From Patescibacteria group bacterium (lineage in GTDB: Bacteria; Patescibacteriota; Doudnabacteria; UBA920), in the NCBI GenBank assembly GCA_013387205.1, contig WARV01000001.1:86-64085 (forward strand): a DNA stretch of 64,000 bases, read 5' to 3'. The position numbers were made by a program, and so were the translations under genes. Under the pieces are notes generated by a model, which had not been told where the DNA came from, made no database searches, and saw only the letters and a program-made list of their open reading frames with translations. This document shows positions 18,350-28,165 of this stretch, piece by piece. Each line of letters begins with the position of its first letter. Position 1 is the first letter of the stretch.

Positions 18350-19077
18350 ATTTTTCAGACATCCTCAATGAAATAACGTTTTTTACAGGAGCAGACAAGG
18401 GAAACAACACCCCTGCTAGTTTTGTTGATTACCCGATCACTGACCGGACGGCGCATGTTAACAATGCTTTAGAGGAAACTGTCACTGAAATACTGGACTC
18501 CCAGGATGGATGGGATTGGGATGACACAAACAACACCGATTATCCGATTGCGACCACCAATTTAGTTGCCAATCAACAAGATTATTCTTTCCCGGCTTCA
18601 CTGAAGATTTTAAAAATTAAGAGGGTGGAAGTCTGTTTTGATGGGGTGAATTGGAAAGTTGCTCAGCCGTTCGATATCAGCCAAAGACAGCTAGCGACAG
18701 ATACCACTTCCATATCTAATGATTTTTCCACGTTATCGCCCTTTTACGACCCACAGGCTAACTCAGTCTTTCTTTACCCGATTCCGGCCACTAACGTAAC
18801 GGGCGGGTTAAAGGTCTGGTTTTCCCGTGAACCTAGTTTATTTATTACCACCGACACCACCAAAATTCCTGGAATTGATACTCCTTGGCACTCCCGTTTA
18901 TCAATGAAGGCATCTTTGAAATACGCAGTAGCTAAAAACCTACCCCACTTAATAAATACTTTAAAACCACTTTTGGACGAGCAGGAAATGAAGATGAGGG
19001 TTTACTATGGTTCAAAAGAAAAAGACAGAAAATATCAATTTACTTCAGCTTATAACAATAATACTTATGGAAGATAA
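18346..19077 (+). CDS. Head-tail adaptor-like protein
   Basis: LVANQQDYSFP, LYPIP motifs; position. Confidence 0.65.
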   Translation: MNFSDILNEITFFTGADKGNNTPASFVDYPITDRTAHVNNALEETVTEILDSQDGWDWDDTNNTDYPIATTNLVANQQDYSFPASLKILKIKRVEVCFDGVNWKVAQPFDISQRQLATDTTSISNDFSTLSPFYDPQANSVFLYPIPATNVTGGLKVWFSREPSLFITTDTTKIPGIDTPWHSRLSMKASLKYAVAKNLPHLINTLKPLLDEQEMKMRVYYGSKEKDRKYQFTSAYNNNTYGR

Positions 19078-20828
19078 TGGCTAAAACTGACTTAACAATT
19101 CATAACTGGCAACTTGGCATCAGCGAATCGCCGCATACGGGATTTACTGACATGAGAAACGTGGATGTGATTACCCGTCCTGGCTCAGTGCGGCTCCAAC
19201 CAAAACTTCACCGAGTTATTCCAAATCCGACTACGAGTACTTTTACCGCCGACGCTTCTACTGATATTTTGACTGGAACAAATTTATCTACAACAATTAA
19301 CGGAGTTGGGTATTTTGGTGTTAGGGCTGTTACCTTTTCTTCTACCGGCACGTTACCGGCTGGTTTGTCACCAGCAACCCCGTACCACCTGACAATTGCA
19401 GGAGATGTAACGCATTACAAGGTTTCTACCACACTAGCTAACGCTAATTCCGGGGTTTATGTAAACATAACTGACGCGGGAACAGGAACGCATACCTTAA
19501 CTACGATTGACCCTGGCACAATGCAGTACATTAAGGATGACGGCACTGGCAATAACGTTTATGCGGTAGATAATAATTGTCGGGTATGGCAAAAAAACTC
19601 TGATTTATGGTATCTGGTGTCTGGTAATACGTTGACCTTAGGTTCTGGAAACGGGTTGGCTGTTTATAAAGGTTATTTATTAGTATTTCGCAATAACGCG
19701 ATTGACGCGTTAAATTTGTCTACCTTAGCTTGGACTAACTCAGGAACAGGCACTTGGAACAATCCTTTAAACGGCGGAACAGGAATACACCGAACTTGCG
19801 TTGGTCAGGACGATATCCTGTATTGGGGGGATGCTGACAGTTCTAGTAATCCATATATCGGAAGTTTGCAGCAAAACTCCGGAAAGGTTTTCGACCCAAC
19901 TGACGCAACCACTTACACCATAACCGCCAAGGCATTGTATCTGCCAATATACAAAACCGTAAACTGGCTGGCAGAACTTGGGACAAATTTAATGATAGCA
20001 ACGGCAGGAAAAGAAATTTATCCTTGGGACAGGCACTCGGCTACTTTTGGACTGCCAATTCTTTGCGCTGAACAAAACATATCCACCATAACCAATATTA
20101 ATAATGAGTTATACGTCACCGCTGGGAACAGGGGAAATGTTTATAAATACAACGGTTATTTATTGCAACCATTTAAAATTTTTCCAAAACATCTTTTAGC
20201 GACTGATTCAAGTACGGTTTCTGTTGGTGCTGCCGTGTCCCATAACCGAGAACTGCTATTTACTATACAAGCTGTTGGGGTTTCAGGGGTGTGTAGTCTA
20301 GACACCATAACAGGGGCGTTGGTCATAAAAAATTCTATTTCCACTAATTCGTACGGAACACTTAACGCCATAACACTTCCCGCTCTTTATTCAGATGGAG
20401 TGACTTATTTGGTTAGTTCTTGGGATAGGGATGTCTCAACTCCTAATGATCGGGGGCTTGATTCTTCCACGGCTGGCTCATCATATATTTTCCCTTCCGG
20501 ATATATTGGTTACGTTATTGGGCCATTAATTGACGTAGGTAATGCAAAACAGAAACGGACTTTTACAGAAACAGAGGTCATGTTCGACAAATTCTTGGCA
20601 ATGGGCGAGGGAGCCAAGGTATATCACCGCACTAATTCTACAACAACTTGGAATTTGCTTGGCACGTTTGATTACTCAACCTACGGGGCTGATGATTCTA
20701 TGAACTTGGTTAAAAACGCTTCCAATTGTGATTCCATCCAGAACAAAATCGAGTTGACTGCTAATTCCAATCAATCAACGCCTAACGTGAAATCTGTAAC
20801 CTTACGAGGAGGAGCTGTCGATGCCTAA
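19077..20828 (+). CDS. Nozzle/tail stabilisation (beta-propeller-like) virion protein
   Basis: Size, beta-rich composition, position after adaptor. Confidence 0.6.
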   Translation: MAKTDLTIHNWQLGISESPHTGFTDMRNVDVITRPGSVRLQPKLHRVIPNPTTSTFTADASTDILTGTNLSTTINGVGYFGVRAVTFSSTGTLPAGLSPATPYHLTIAGDVTHYKVSTTLANANSGVYVNITDAGTGTHTLTTIDPGTMQYIKDDGTGNNVYAVDNNCRVWQKNSDLWYLVSGNTLTLGSGNGLAVYKGYLLVFRNNAIDALNLSTLAWTNSGTGTWNNPLNGGTGIHRTCVGQDDILYWGDADSSSNPYIGSLQQNSGKVFDPTDATTYTITAKALYLPIYKTVNWLAELGTNLMIATAGKEIYPWDRHSATFGLPILCAEQNISTITNINNELYVTAGNRGNVYKYNGYLLQPFKIFPKHLLATDSSTVSVGAAVSHNRELLFTIQAVGVSGVCSLDTITGALVIKNSISTNSYGTLNAITLPALYSDGVTYLVSSWDRDVSTPNDRGLDSSTAGSSYIFPSGYIGYVIGPLIDVGNAKQKRTFTETEVMFDKFLAMGEGAKVYHRTNSTTTWNLLGTFDYSTYGADDSMNLVKNASNCDSIQNKIELTANSNQSTPNVKSVTLRGGAVDA

Positions 20829-21072
20829 TATGATACCTGACAATCCCCTTAATAATCCACCGCAACCACGTTCCGACATAATGCCTTTACATAATCACGA
20901 CGGACAGACTTCGCCACGCATTAGTCCTGAAAATTTATTGGGCTTTCCTCTTATGACAGCCGTACCAACCGACAACGCACCAGACAATATTATTCGCTTA
21001 GCATACATTTCTGGCACTTATTATTTATACGCAAGAATTAATAAAACCTGGAAACGGGTAACATTAACTTAA
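20821..21072 (+). CDS. Small virion protein
   Basis: HNHDG motif, WKRVTLT end. Confidence 0.6.
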   Translation: MPNMIPDNPLNNPPQPRSDIMPLHNHDGQTSPRISPENLLGFPLMTAVPTDNAPDNIIRLAYISGTYYLYARINKTWKRVTLT

Positions 21073-21077
21073 ATTTT

Positions 21078-23279
21078 ATGGCCAATCGGTTTACAAACTT
21101 TTTTACTCAAACCATTCCTAGCATTGGCAAGGCCATTAGTACTGCTTGGAATGCCCCCAGCAATATCGGAAGTACTATAGGTGCTACGGCTAAAGATTAT
21201 TTCTTTAACCCATCACAGCCATCACTAGGGCAATCTTACCAGCAAGCGACAGCTAAGCCAATGTCTTTTCCAGTTACTCTCAATCAACAAGGGGGTTTTG
21301 TAAGCCCAAACCAACAGCCTACTGGTGGTGTTTCTGGCCCGCCAAGGTTATATTCCACGATTAACGGCCAAAATTTTGACCAATACGGTGAACCTTTTAA
21401 TAATGGCAATACTGGGAATATACAAACCGCTTCCCAAAATACGCAAACTGCTAATTTAGGAAGTAACGCCGGACAATCTATTAACTTTAACGGCCAAACA
21501 GTCGGGGGGTATGATTCTTCCGGTTCTCCTTTTGTGTTCGGTGGAGTACAACAAACAAGTCCTGCCACAAATTTTGGAGGAACTCCGTTAAACAGCACAA
21601 TTGATTCAACATCACTAGGCAATTCCACTACTAGGGCAGATATTAACTCCAGGATAAGTAAAAACCTAAATTCTTTAGATACGATGTTTTCCAGCCTTTC
21701 ATCCTTGGGTACGGTTCCCCAAGCAGAATTGGATATGCAACAGAAAGCCGCCCAATCAGCAGCAGCGGTTACTGGATTAAACGCCCAGGCCGCAGGGCTT
21801 TACAATCCTGATAATCAGGCAATTGCCTTACCTTTTCTACAGGGGCAAGCCCAAAGTAAATTAGTATCAGCACAATTACAAAACCAAATTAATCAAGCCC
21901 AACTTGCTTATATGCAAGGGAATAGGCAGTTTGCTTTTAACTCTGCTTCTACAATTTACAATGCGGCAAGGCAGAACCTGATGGACACTTTACAGATTTA
22001 CACTCAAACCGCACCACAGAATTTAGCTACAAATTACAACCCGACTACTGGTGCTTTAAACGCAGTGATGCGTAATCCTTTAACCGGCGAGCAATATACT
22101 GCTAATTTAGGAAATATTGGCGCACAAAGGACATTTACATCTACCAATATCGCAACTGACACTTACACTGGCGCATTGACTTTTGTTGGCACAATGTCAG
22201 ATGGAACGGTTGTTCAGCAACCCATTGGCGGCGGTGCTTCGTCTTTCCAGGGTGGTTCTTACAATATGGGTCAATCTATGCAGGGTGGATTTGGTAATAA
22301 TATAACGGGACTGACTACTCCGGCTGCCGTAAATAATAACCCTGGTAATTTGCGCGACCCACAAACTGGAGCATGGCAGGTCTTTAGTTCACCGCAAGAG
22401 GGATTCCAGGCTTTAATGAGTGACATCCAAGGCAAGCAAACAGGAAACACCAGGACTGGTTTAAATGGAAATTCCACCTTAGCACAGTTTACTTCGGTTT
22501 ACGCACCTGCTTCTGACGGCAATAATCCTGCTGGTTACGCACAGTCTATCGCCAAACAATTAGGAGTTTCGGTTAATACTCCAATAGGGCAAATCCCATC
22601 TGCTTCTTTGGCTGCTGCCGTAGCACAGCATGAGGACGGAAGATACTGGAACGCTATTACATCCGGCGTATCTAATGTTTCAGCTAACGTTCCTCCGGTA
22701 GTGCAGAAATATTTGGAAACTTTAAATAATATTCCTAATAGTGAATATATAAATTCCAATCGCGTCCCGGATAATTTGAAAAATGCAATTAAGAATATGG
22801 CTGGCGGTGTTGTTCCAGTTTTAACCGATGCGGAAGTATCTTCAGTTAAGAGTATAGCCACTACTGCCACGAACCTGGAAACCATGAGGGATTTGTCCAA
22901 CAAAGTTCTGGGTTCTGGTGCTTTGGGCAGGGTAGGGTCTTCATTTACTAATTGGTTTGATAAAACTTTCCAACCCAATACTCCCGATTCTCAGACAGTA
23001 GCAAGATTCAGGTCGTTTAGGGAAACCGCCGTAAAAAACATTCAGGCTTTAGCTGCTGGTGGGTCTGGGTTAAGAATAAACCAGGCTGAAATTGATACTG
23101 CCACAGCCAATCTTCCTACAATTTACGATAGTAAGGAAGTAGCTAATGCAAAAATAGACCAAGTGTTGTCATTCTTGCAAAATACCTTACAGCAAGTTTT
23201 ACCACATGCGGCCTTGGCAAGTAACCAAACACAAAACTCTACTCAAATTTTAGACGCCATCTTATCTCAATATAAATAA
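21078..23279 (+). CDS. Putative ejection/internal virion protein with lysozyme-like domain
   Basis: Q/N/S/T-rich; NNNPGNLR...YAPASDGNNPAGYA motif. Confidence 0.65.
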   Translation: MANRFTNFFTQTIPSIGKAISTAWNAPSNIGSTIGATAKDYFFNPSQPSLGQSYQQATAKPMSFPVTLNQQGGFVSPNQQPTGGVSGPPRLYSTINGQNFDQYGEPFNNGNTGNIQTASQNTQTANLGSNAGQSINFNGQTVGGYDSSGSPFVFGGVQQTSPATNFGGTPLNSTIDSTSLGNSTTRADINSRISKNLNSLDTMFSSLSSLGTVPQAELDMQQKAAQSAAAVTGLNAQAAGLYNPDNQAIALPFLQGQAQSKLVSAQLQNQINQAQLAYMQGNRQFAFNSASTIYNAARQNLMDTLQIYTQTAPQNLATNYNPTTGALNAVMRNPLTGEQYTANLGNIGAQRTFTSTNIATDTYTGALTFVGTMSDGTVVQQPIGGGASSFQGGSYNMGQSMQGGFGNNITGLTTPAAVNNNPGNLRDPQTGAWQVFSSPQEGFQALMSDIQGKQTGNTRTGLNGNSTLAQFTSVYAPASDGNNPAGYAQSIAKQLGVSVNTPIGQIPSASLAAAVAQHEDGRYWNAITSGVSNVSANVPPVVQKYLETLNNIPNSEYINSNRVPDNLKNAIKNMAGGVVPVLTDAEVSSVKSIATTATNLETMRDLSNKVLGSGALGRVGSSFTNWFDKTFQPNTPDSQTVARFRSFRETAVKNIQALAAGGSGLRINQAEIDTATANLPTIYDSKEVANAKIDQVLSFLQNTLQQVLPHAALASNQTQNSTQILDAILSQYK

Positions 23280-23280
23280 T

Positions 23281-24981
23281 ATGCCTTATTCAGAAGTACA
23301 ACAAAATACACAAATCCCAACCAGTTTTAATACTGCCCAGTTTATCCAGCAAGCCAGGCAATCGGGAGTTTCCGATGACCAGACTTTACAATATTTACAG
23401 AGCAAAGGCCTAGTTCCGGCTTCTACTAACGTGCAAAACAACGTAGAAGGCGCACAATTACACGATACAGGTTCATTTGCAGGGAACGTGGTCAATAGCG
23501 CAGGAAACTTGCTTAGTGGCGTTGGCCAAGCGATTGTTCATCCGATTGACACTGTTACTAATATCGGTAAGGGGATTATCGGCACAGGGGAATATTTAGG
23601 CGCAGCCGTTACGGGTGGACCAAAACCAACTGGTGAAGCCGCGGATGTTGCTGCTAATATTGGAAACTTTATTAAGCAAAGGTATGGTTCTTTAGAAGCA
23701 GCTAAGACTACTGCTTATCAAGACCCAATCGGGTTTTTAGCCGACGCTTCTTTGGTGTTAGGTGGTGCTGGCGGTGCAATAGGGAGAGCTGGAGAAGTTT
23801 CAAAAGTCGGAGAGATTGCTAAAGCTGGGGAAATGATTGGCAGAGCAGGGGATGTAGCTAATCCGTTTACAATCGCTGGAAAAGTTTCCACACCTATCTT
23901 GCGACCAGTCGGTGAGTTCTTGGGTAATCAAGTCGCTAATATGCTAGGAACAACTACGGGAGTTGGTGGTAGTTCCATTCGTGGTGTATTTAATGCAGCC
24001 AAAGAAGGCAATCCAGAAGCTATGCAAGCGGTCAGGGGTAGTGTCGGTGCTGACCAAATTATTGAAGATGCCCAAAATGCTTTCAATAAGTTAAAGCAGA
24101 ATAAAAATATAACCTACCAGCAGCAGTTGCAAAAAGTTAAAAGTGTTGCCGGTGAAGTTGATTACCAACCAGCAGTAGAAGAATTTAGAAAGCAACTTAC
24201 AAATAACGGAATTACGGTAAAATCTGGAGAATTACAGTTTGAAAACGCTCGCGGTTTTCAGTCGTCGGGCGAACAAGCTATTTTGCAGAATGTTTACGAT
24301 AAAATGGAACGTTGGGGCGATATGCCTTCTAATACTACTCTTTATGGATTAGATACCTTAAAGCAACAACTGGGGGAATTTGTGGAAATGTCAAATGGCA
24401 AGTCTAAAGCTTTGATAGCTTCCACGAAAACCGCATTGTCCGATATTTTAAAACAAAGTGATGAATACAAGAACCTTGTCGAACCTTACGAATCCACCAG
24501 TAGACTAATTGATGAGATTAGAACTGATTTAATGAGTAAAAATCCCGAAACGGCATTAAAAAAACTCACTCAAGCAGTTAAGCAAGATAATGAGTATAGG
24601 CAATCGTTAATCGAGGAACTAAATAAGGTTTCTCAACAGGATATTATGGCAGAGTTGTCAGGTTTGAATATGTCTAAACTGGTGAATACAGGAAAGTTGT
24701 CTACTTTTTTAGAAATGGGAACAGCATTTTTACATCCTCATTTGTGGCCTATTCTATTAGCTTCGTCCCCAAGGATAGTAGCAGAATTTATGAATACATT
24801 AGGTTATTCTGCAAAACAAATTGACGCAGGGTTATCGGTTATCAAAACGATGAAGCTCGCTCAAGTAGCAACTGGTGCAAGCAGGATTACCTCTTCCCAA
24901 CAAAATACTGCCAAAAAGAAACAGGGGTCTTCGTCCGAGCCTGGTATTTTGAATAATCGTGTTCAACCGCAAAAGCAATGA
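23281..24981 (+). CDS. Putative ejection/DNA-transfer protein
   Basis: Gly/Ala-rich helical protein, SSPRIVAE motif; position. Confidence 0.6.
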   Translation: MPYSEVQQNTQIPTSFNTAQFIQQARQSGVSDDQTLQYLQSKGLVPASTNVQNNVEGAQLHDTGSFAGNVVNSAGNLLSGVGQAIVHPIDTVTNIGKGIIGTGEYLGAAVTGGPKPTGEAADVAANIGNFIKQRYGSLEAAKTTAYQDPIGFLADASLVLGGAGGAIGRAGEVSKVGEIAKAGEMIGRAGDVANPFTIAGKVSTPILRPVGEFLGNQVANMLGTTTGVGGSSIRGVFNAAKEGNPEAMQAVRGSVGADQIIEDAQNAFNKLKQNKNITYQQQLQKVKSVAGEVDYQPAVEEFRKQLTNNGITVKSGELQFENARGFQSSGEQAILQNVYDKMERWGDMPSNTTLYGLDTLKQQLGEFVEMSNGKSKALIASTKTALSDILKQSDEYKNLVEPYESTSRLIDEIRTDLMSKNPETALKKLTQAVKQDNEYRQSLIEELNKVSQQDIMAELSGLNMSKLVNTGKLSTFLEMGTAFLHPHLWPILLASSPRIVAEFMNTLGYSAKQIDAGLSVIKTMKLAQVATGASRITSSQQNTAKKKQGSSSEPGILNNRVQPQKQ

Positions 24982-25012
24982 TTATTAAGATAACTAATGA
25001 AGCTAGTGGCAT
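24887..25012 (-). CDS. Small membrane peptide (41 aa), antisense to end of ejection gene
   Basis: MPLASLVILIIIAFAVEHDYSKYQARTKTPVSFWQYFVGKR*. Confidence 0.45.
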   Translation of the reverse strand: MPLASLVILIIIAFAVEHDYSKYQARTKTPVSFWQYFVGKR

Positions 25013-25032
25013 AAATTTAGTTACTAAATACC

Positions 25033-25752
25033 TTAATTATTAACTGGTATTACTTGGTTAGTGATAGTATTGATGAACTTAAAATTTCTCAAGATAATTT
25101 GTGCGTCGGTAATTCCCGTGTAGTTTGGTATCATTGGCAATCTGACTTCACCAGAAAGCTTGTCAGTAGTAACGACAACCTTTTGATTTAAATTGTTTAC
25201 TGGTGCGATATCAATATTTGCTTGAATGAAATTATTATTCTGTATTCCATTAACCAGTACATACGGATTAGGCAAAATACCGGGTTTTAAACTAACCAAT
25301 GCATCAAAAGTTAAAGTGTTGTAACCCTCGGTATTTTCTTTGTTACTGGAGCAAGTATAAGTTCCGCCAACATTAAAATATGTAGTCTGACAATGGAATA
25401 CTAAAGGAGTAGTGACTGGCGTGGTGGTCTGGTTGGATGACGGAGTTTCAACTGTACCTGCCGGTTGAGGAACATACACAGGGACATAAACAGTTTCGGG
25501 TGTTGATTGCGGAACAGGAGATTGTCCAGAAGTTTGAGGTAGAGAACCTAAGCCTAAAGCTTGCCTAGTAGTAACTGTACCATCTTTCTTTAAGCACTCG
25601 CTATTCATAAAACAGATATATTGCGGTTCGGTAATTGAAACAGTAGTGTCAAAGATATTTCCGTCCAAAAATCCCATTAAAGCAGCTTTCGCAGGAGTAT
25701 ATATAGTGAAACCTAAAATAGCAAAAACCGCATAAAACAATGTTTTTTTCAT
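25033..25752 (-). CDS. Secreted protein (moron-like)
   Basis: Signal peptide MKKTLFYAVFAILGFTIYTPAKA; P/T-rich linker; opposite strand. Confidence 0.75.
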   Translation of the reverse strand: MKKTLFYAVFAILGFTIYTPAKAALMGFLDGNIFDTTVSITEPQYICFMNSECLKKDGTVTTRQALGLGSLPQTSGQSPVPQSTPETVYVPVYVPQPAGTVETPSSNQTTTPVTTPLVFHCQTTYFNVGGTYTCSSNKENTEGYNTLTFDALVSLKPGILPNPYVLVNGIQNNNFIQANIDIAPVNNLNQKVVVTTDKLSGEVRLPMIPNYTGITDAQIILRNFKFINTITNQVIPVNN

Positions 25753-25780
25753 AAATTTGTTTTAGTTAATTGACAATTTA

Positions 25781-25809
25781 GTTATAGACCCAATTAATTA
25801 TTTTGTCAA
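25781..25809 (-). promoter_or_regulatory. Sigma70 promoter for moron
   Basis: TTGACA-17-TATAAC on - strand. Confidence 0.65.
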
Positions 25810-25917
25810 ATTTAAAAGGGGCCTCTCGCTGAGTAAGCAGCGATTAGCCCATAAGACTAACCCATCTGCTTACTCAGACGTTACCCATAACTTATACCTA
25901 ATTAAATTTCTTGTCAA

Positions 25918-26178
25918 ATGGCAAACTTTACCACCCAAACTAAATCCGCATCTGTTTTTACAGGACAAGCCAAATCTTCTGCTCCGACTTTTGCCAATGC
26001 CACCAAAAATTCGGCATCGTTTTCCATAGTTGACAAATTGGTTTTGCTACTTCAGGAAATGGGCGATTTTCTTTTAATGGAAAATGGGGATTTTATTCTA
26101 GTTCGTGGTGTTAGCGATTACGGTTTTGCAAATCCTTCTAAAAACAACAGTTCATTTACCAATTTAACTAAAAACTAA
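25918..26178 (+). CDS. Small virion-associated protein
   Basis: F-T-x-x-x-K-N/S repeats; LLQE.GDFLL.E.GD motif. Confidence 0.6.
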   Translation: MANFTTQTKSASVFTGQAKSSAPTFANATKNSASFSIVDKLVLLLQEMGDFLLMENGDFILVRGVSDYGFANPSKNNSSFTNLTKN

Positions 26179-27203
26179 TGGCAAATAAGAAAATATCAGA
26201 ATTAACAACTGGAACACCCCAAAATACTGATTGGGTTCCTTTTGTTGACATAGCAGCCGGAGAAACAAAAAAAGCCACCAAGTCTGATTTGAAAGGTGAT
26301 AAGGGTGACACCGGAAACGCCGCCACTGTAAATGTCGGCTCAACCACTACAGGGGCAGCAGGCACTTCGGCTTCCGTTACCAATTCCGGCACGACTTCTG
26401 CCGCTATCCTAAACTTTACTATTCCAAGGGGAGATACAGGGGCAACCGGAGCGACAGGGGCAACTGGCCCACAAGGGGCAAAAGGAGACACTGGAAATAC
26501 AGGTGCAACAGGGCCACAGGGTATCCAAGGCATTAAAGGTGATAAGGGCGTAAACTGGAAAGGCGCATATAGCGGTTCAACTGCCTATATTATCGACGAC
26601 GCTGTTTCTTACAATGGCAGTTCTTATGTTTGTATATTAGCTTCCACCGGAAACTTACCTACCAATACGACTTATTGGAATTTGATGGCGCAAAAGGGTG
26701 CGGATGGCTCAGGTTCCGGTTCCGGCGACGTTACCGGCCCCGCTTCCTCCACAGATAACGGCATAGTTAGATTTGACGGCTTGACAGGCAAGATAATCCA
26801 AAACTCTACTAACGTTGTGATTGATGATTCAGGCAACGTCGGGATTGGGACGACGAATCCGAGCGAAAAATTAGATGTAAATGGCAACATCACGAATGAA
26901 TATTTGACTTTAGCGGGAAACCAATTCAATGCGGTGGGAACTTCCAATGAAATCGCCGTAAATTATGCTAATAAAACAAAAGATTTGCATGTTTATACAA
27001 ATGTGGGAAACGGATTTTTGGTACAAGGAAGCAGCGGCAACGTCGGCATTGGGACGACTACACCAACAGCCTACCTCCATTTAAAGGCCGGTACAGCCAC
27101 GGCAAACACCGCTCCGATTAAATTAACCGCAGGTGTTGTGAATACTACCCCAGAAACAGGAACTATTGAATTTGATGGGACAGATTTCTATTTAAACATT
27201 TAA
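26178..27203 (+). CDS. Collagen-like tail fibre protein
   Basis: G-x-y repeats; WKGAYSGSTAYIIDDAVSYNGSSY module; GNVGIGTT repeats. Confidence 0.85.
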   Translation: MANKKISELTTGTPQNTDWVPFVDIAAGETKKATKSDLKGDKGDTGNAATVNVGSTTTGAAGTSASVTNSGTTSAAILNFTIPRGDTGATGATGATGPQGAKGDTGNTGATGPQGIQGIKGDKGVNWKGAYSGSTAYIIDDAVSYNGSSYVCILASTGNLPTNTTYWNLMAQKGADGSGSGSGDVTGPASSTDNGIVRFDGLTGKIIQNSTNVVIDDSGNVGIGTTNPSEKLDVNGNITNEYLTLAGNQFNAVGTSNEIAVNYANKTKDLHVYTNVGNGFLVQGSSGNVGIGTTTPTAYLHLKAGTATANTAPIKLTAGVVNTTPETGTIEFDGTDFYLNI

Positions 27204-27221
27204 TAAACTAACTAAACTAAT

Positions 27222-27491
27222 ATGGAATATATCAAGCAGGACGACAACACTTTAAAAGTTGTCACCCAGGTAGAAGTGCCTCAGACAGAAGAAAAGACTT
27301 ACGACTATGATTTTTTAAAGTCGCAAGAAGTTAGCATCTTAAAAAGCAAGAATGACTTTATCCAGGCCAGGGACAAGGAACTCGATGAAGTAAGGGGACT
27401 TTTAGCCCAGTGTGAGGCTTTGGGGATTAAGAGCAAGGTAGAAAGCGAATTGGCAGAGCAACAGGCGATTGAGCAACAATTAACAAAATAA
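27222..27491 (+). CDS. Hypothetical (fibre chaperone-like)
   Basis: Position, coiled-coil character. Confidence 0.55.
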   Translation: MEYIKQDDNTLKVVTQVEVPQTEEKTYDYDFLKSQEVSILKSKNDFIQARDKELDEVRGLLAQCEALGIKSKVESELAEQQAIEQQLTK

Positions 27492-27493
27492 CT

Positions 27494-27643
27494 ATGACTT
27501 TAAACGACTTAAAAGCCAGGGCTTATGACCTATTAGCGGCCATGCAGTCTATCCAAAACCAGCTTAATGAAGTCAACGGCCAGATAGCTAACTTTAAAGA
27601 AGAAGTAAAGGAGAATAACGATGGCGACAAGATACAAAATTAG
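27494..27643 (+). CDS. Small coiled-coil protein
   Basis: MTLNDLKARAYDLLAAMQSIQNQLNEVN... translated by hand. Confidence 0.55.
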   Translation: MTLNDLKARAYDLLAAMQSIQNQLNEVNGQIANFKEEVKENNDGDKIQN

Positions 27644-28163
27644 AACCAGCAGGGATATTACCGATGCGGCTTTGACTGTGTTGGGGAACACTTCAGGGAC
27701 AAATACCGGCGACCAGACCATTACCCTAACCGGCGACGTGACCGGTTCGGGGACAGGTTCGTTTATCACGACCTTAACTGGCAAGCCTACTGGTGCGATT
27801 GTCGGCACGTCCGACACTCAAATATTGACCAATAAACGCTTCACTGCCCGCATCGGCACGGAAACCTCTTCTGCCACTTCTACCCCCACTGCCGATACGG
27901 TTGACCAGTGGAACGTTACGGCCTTGGCAGCGGCTGATACCGTGGCTGCGCCGAGTGGCACTCCCACGGACGGGCAGATGCTGATCTTGCGGATAAAGGA
28001 CAACGGAACAGCGAGAACTTTAACATGGAACGCTATCTATCGAGCTTCTAGTGATTTAGCTTTACCCACTACTACCGTGATTTCCAAGACTATGTATCTT
28101 GGGTTTGTATACAATGTGGCTGACAGCAAATGGGACTTTTTAGCATTTTTAAATAACTTCTAA
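27621..28163 (+). CDS. Tail fibre-related protein
   Basis: SGTNTGDQT, TGDVTGSG, DGQMLILRIKDNGTARTLTW motifs. Confidence 0.7.
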   Translation: MATRYKIRTSRDITDAALTVLGNTSGTNTGDQTITLTGDVTGSGTGSFITTLTGKPTGAIVGTSDTQILTNKRFTARIGTETSSATSTPTADTVDQWNVTALAAADTVAAPSGTPTDGQMLILRIKDNGTARTLTWNAIYRASSDLALPTTTVISKTMYLGFVYNVADSKWDFLAFLNNF

Positions 28164-28165
28164 TT

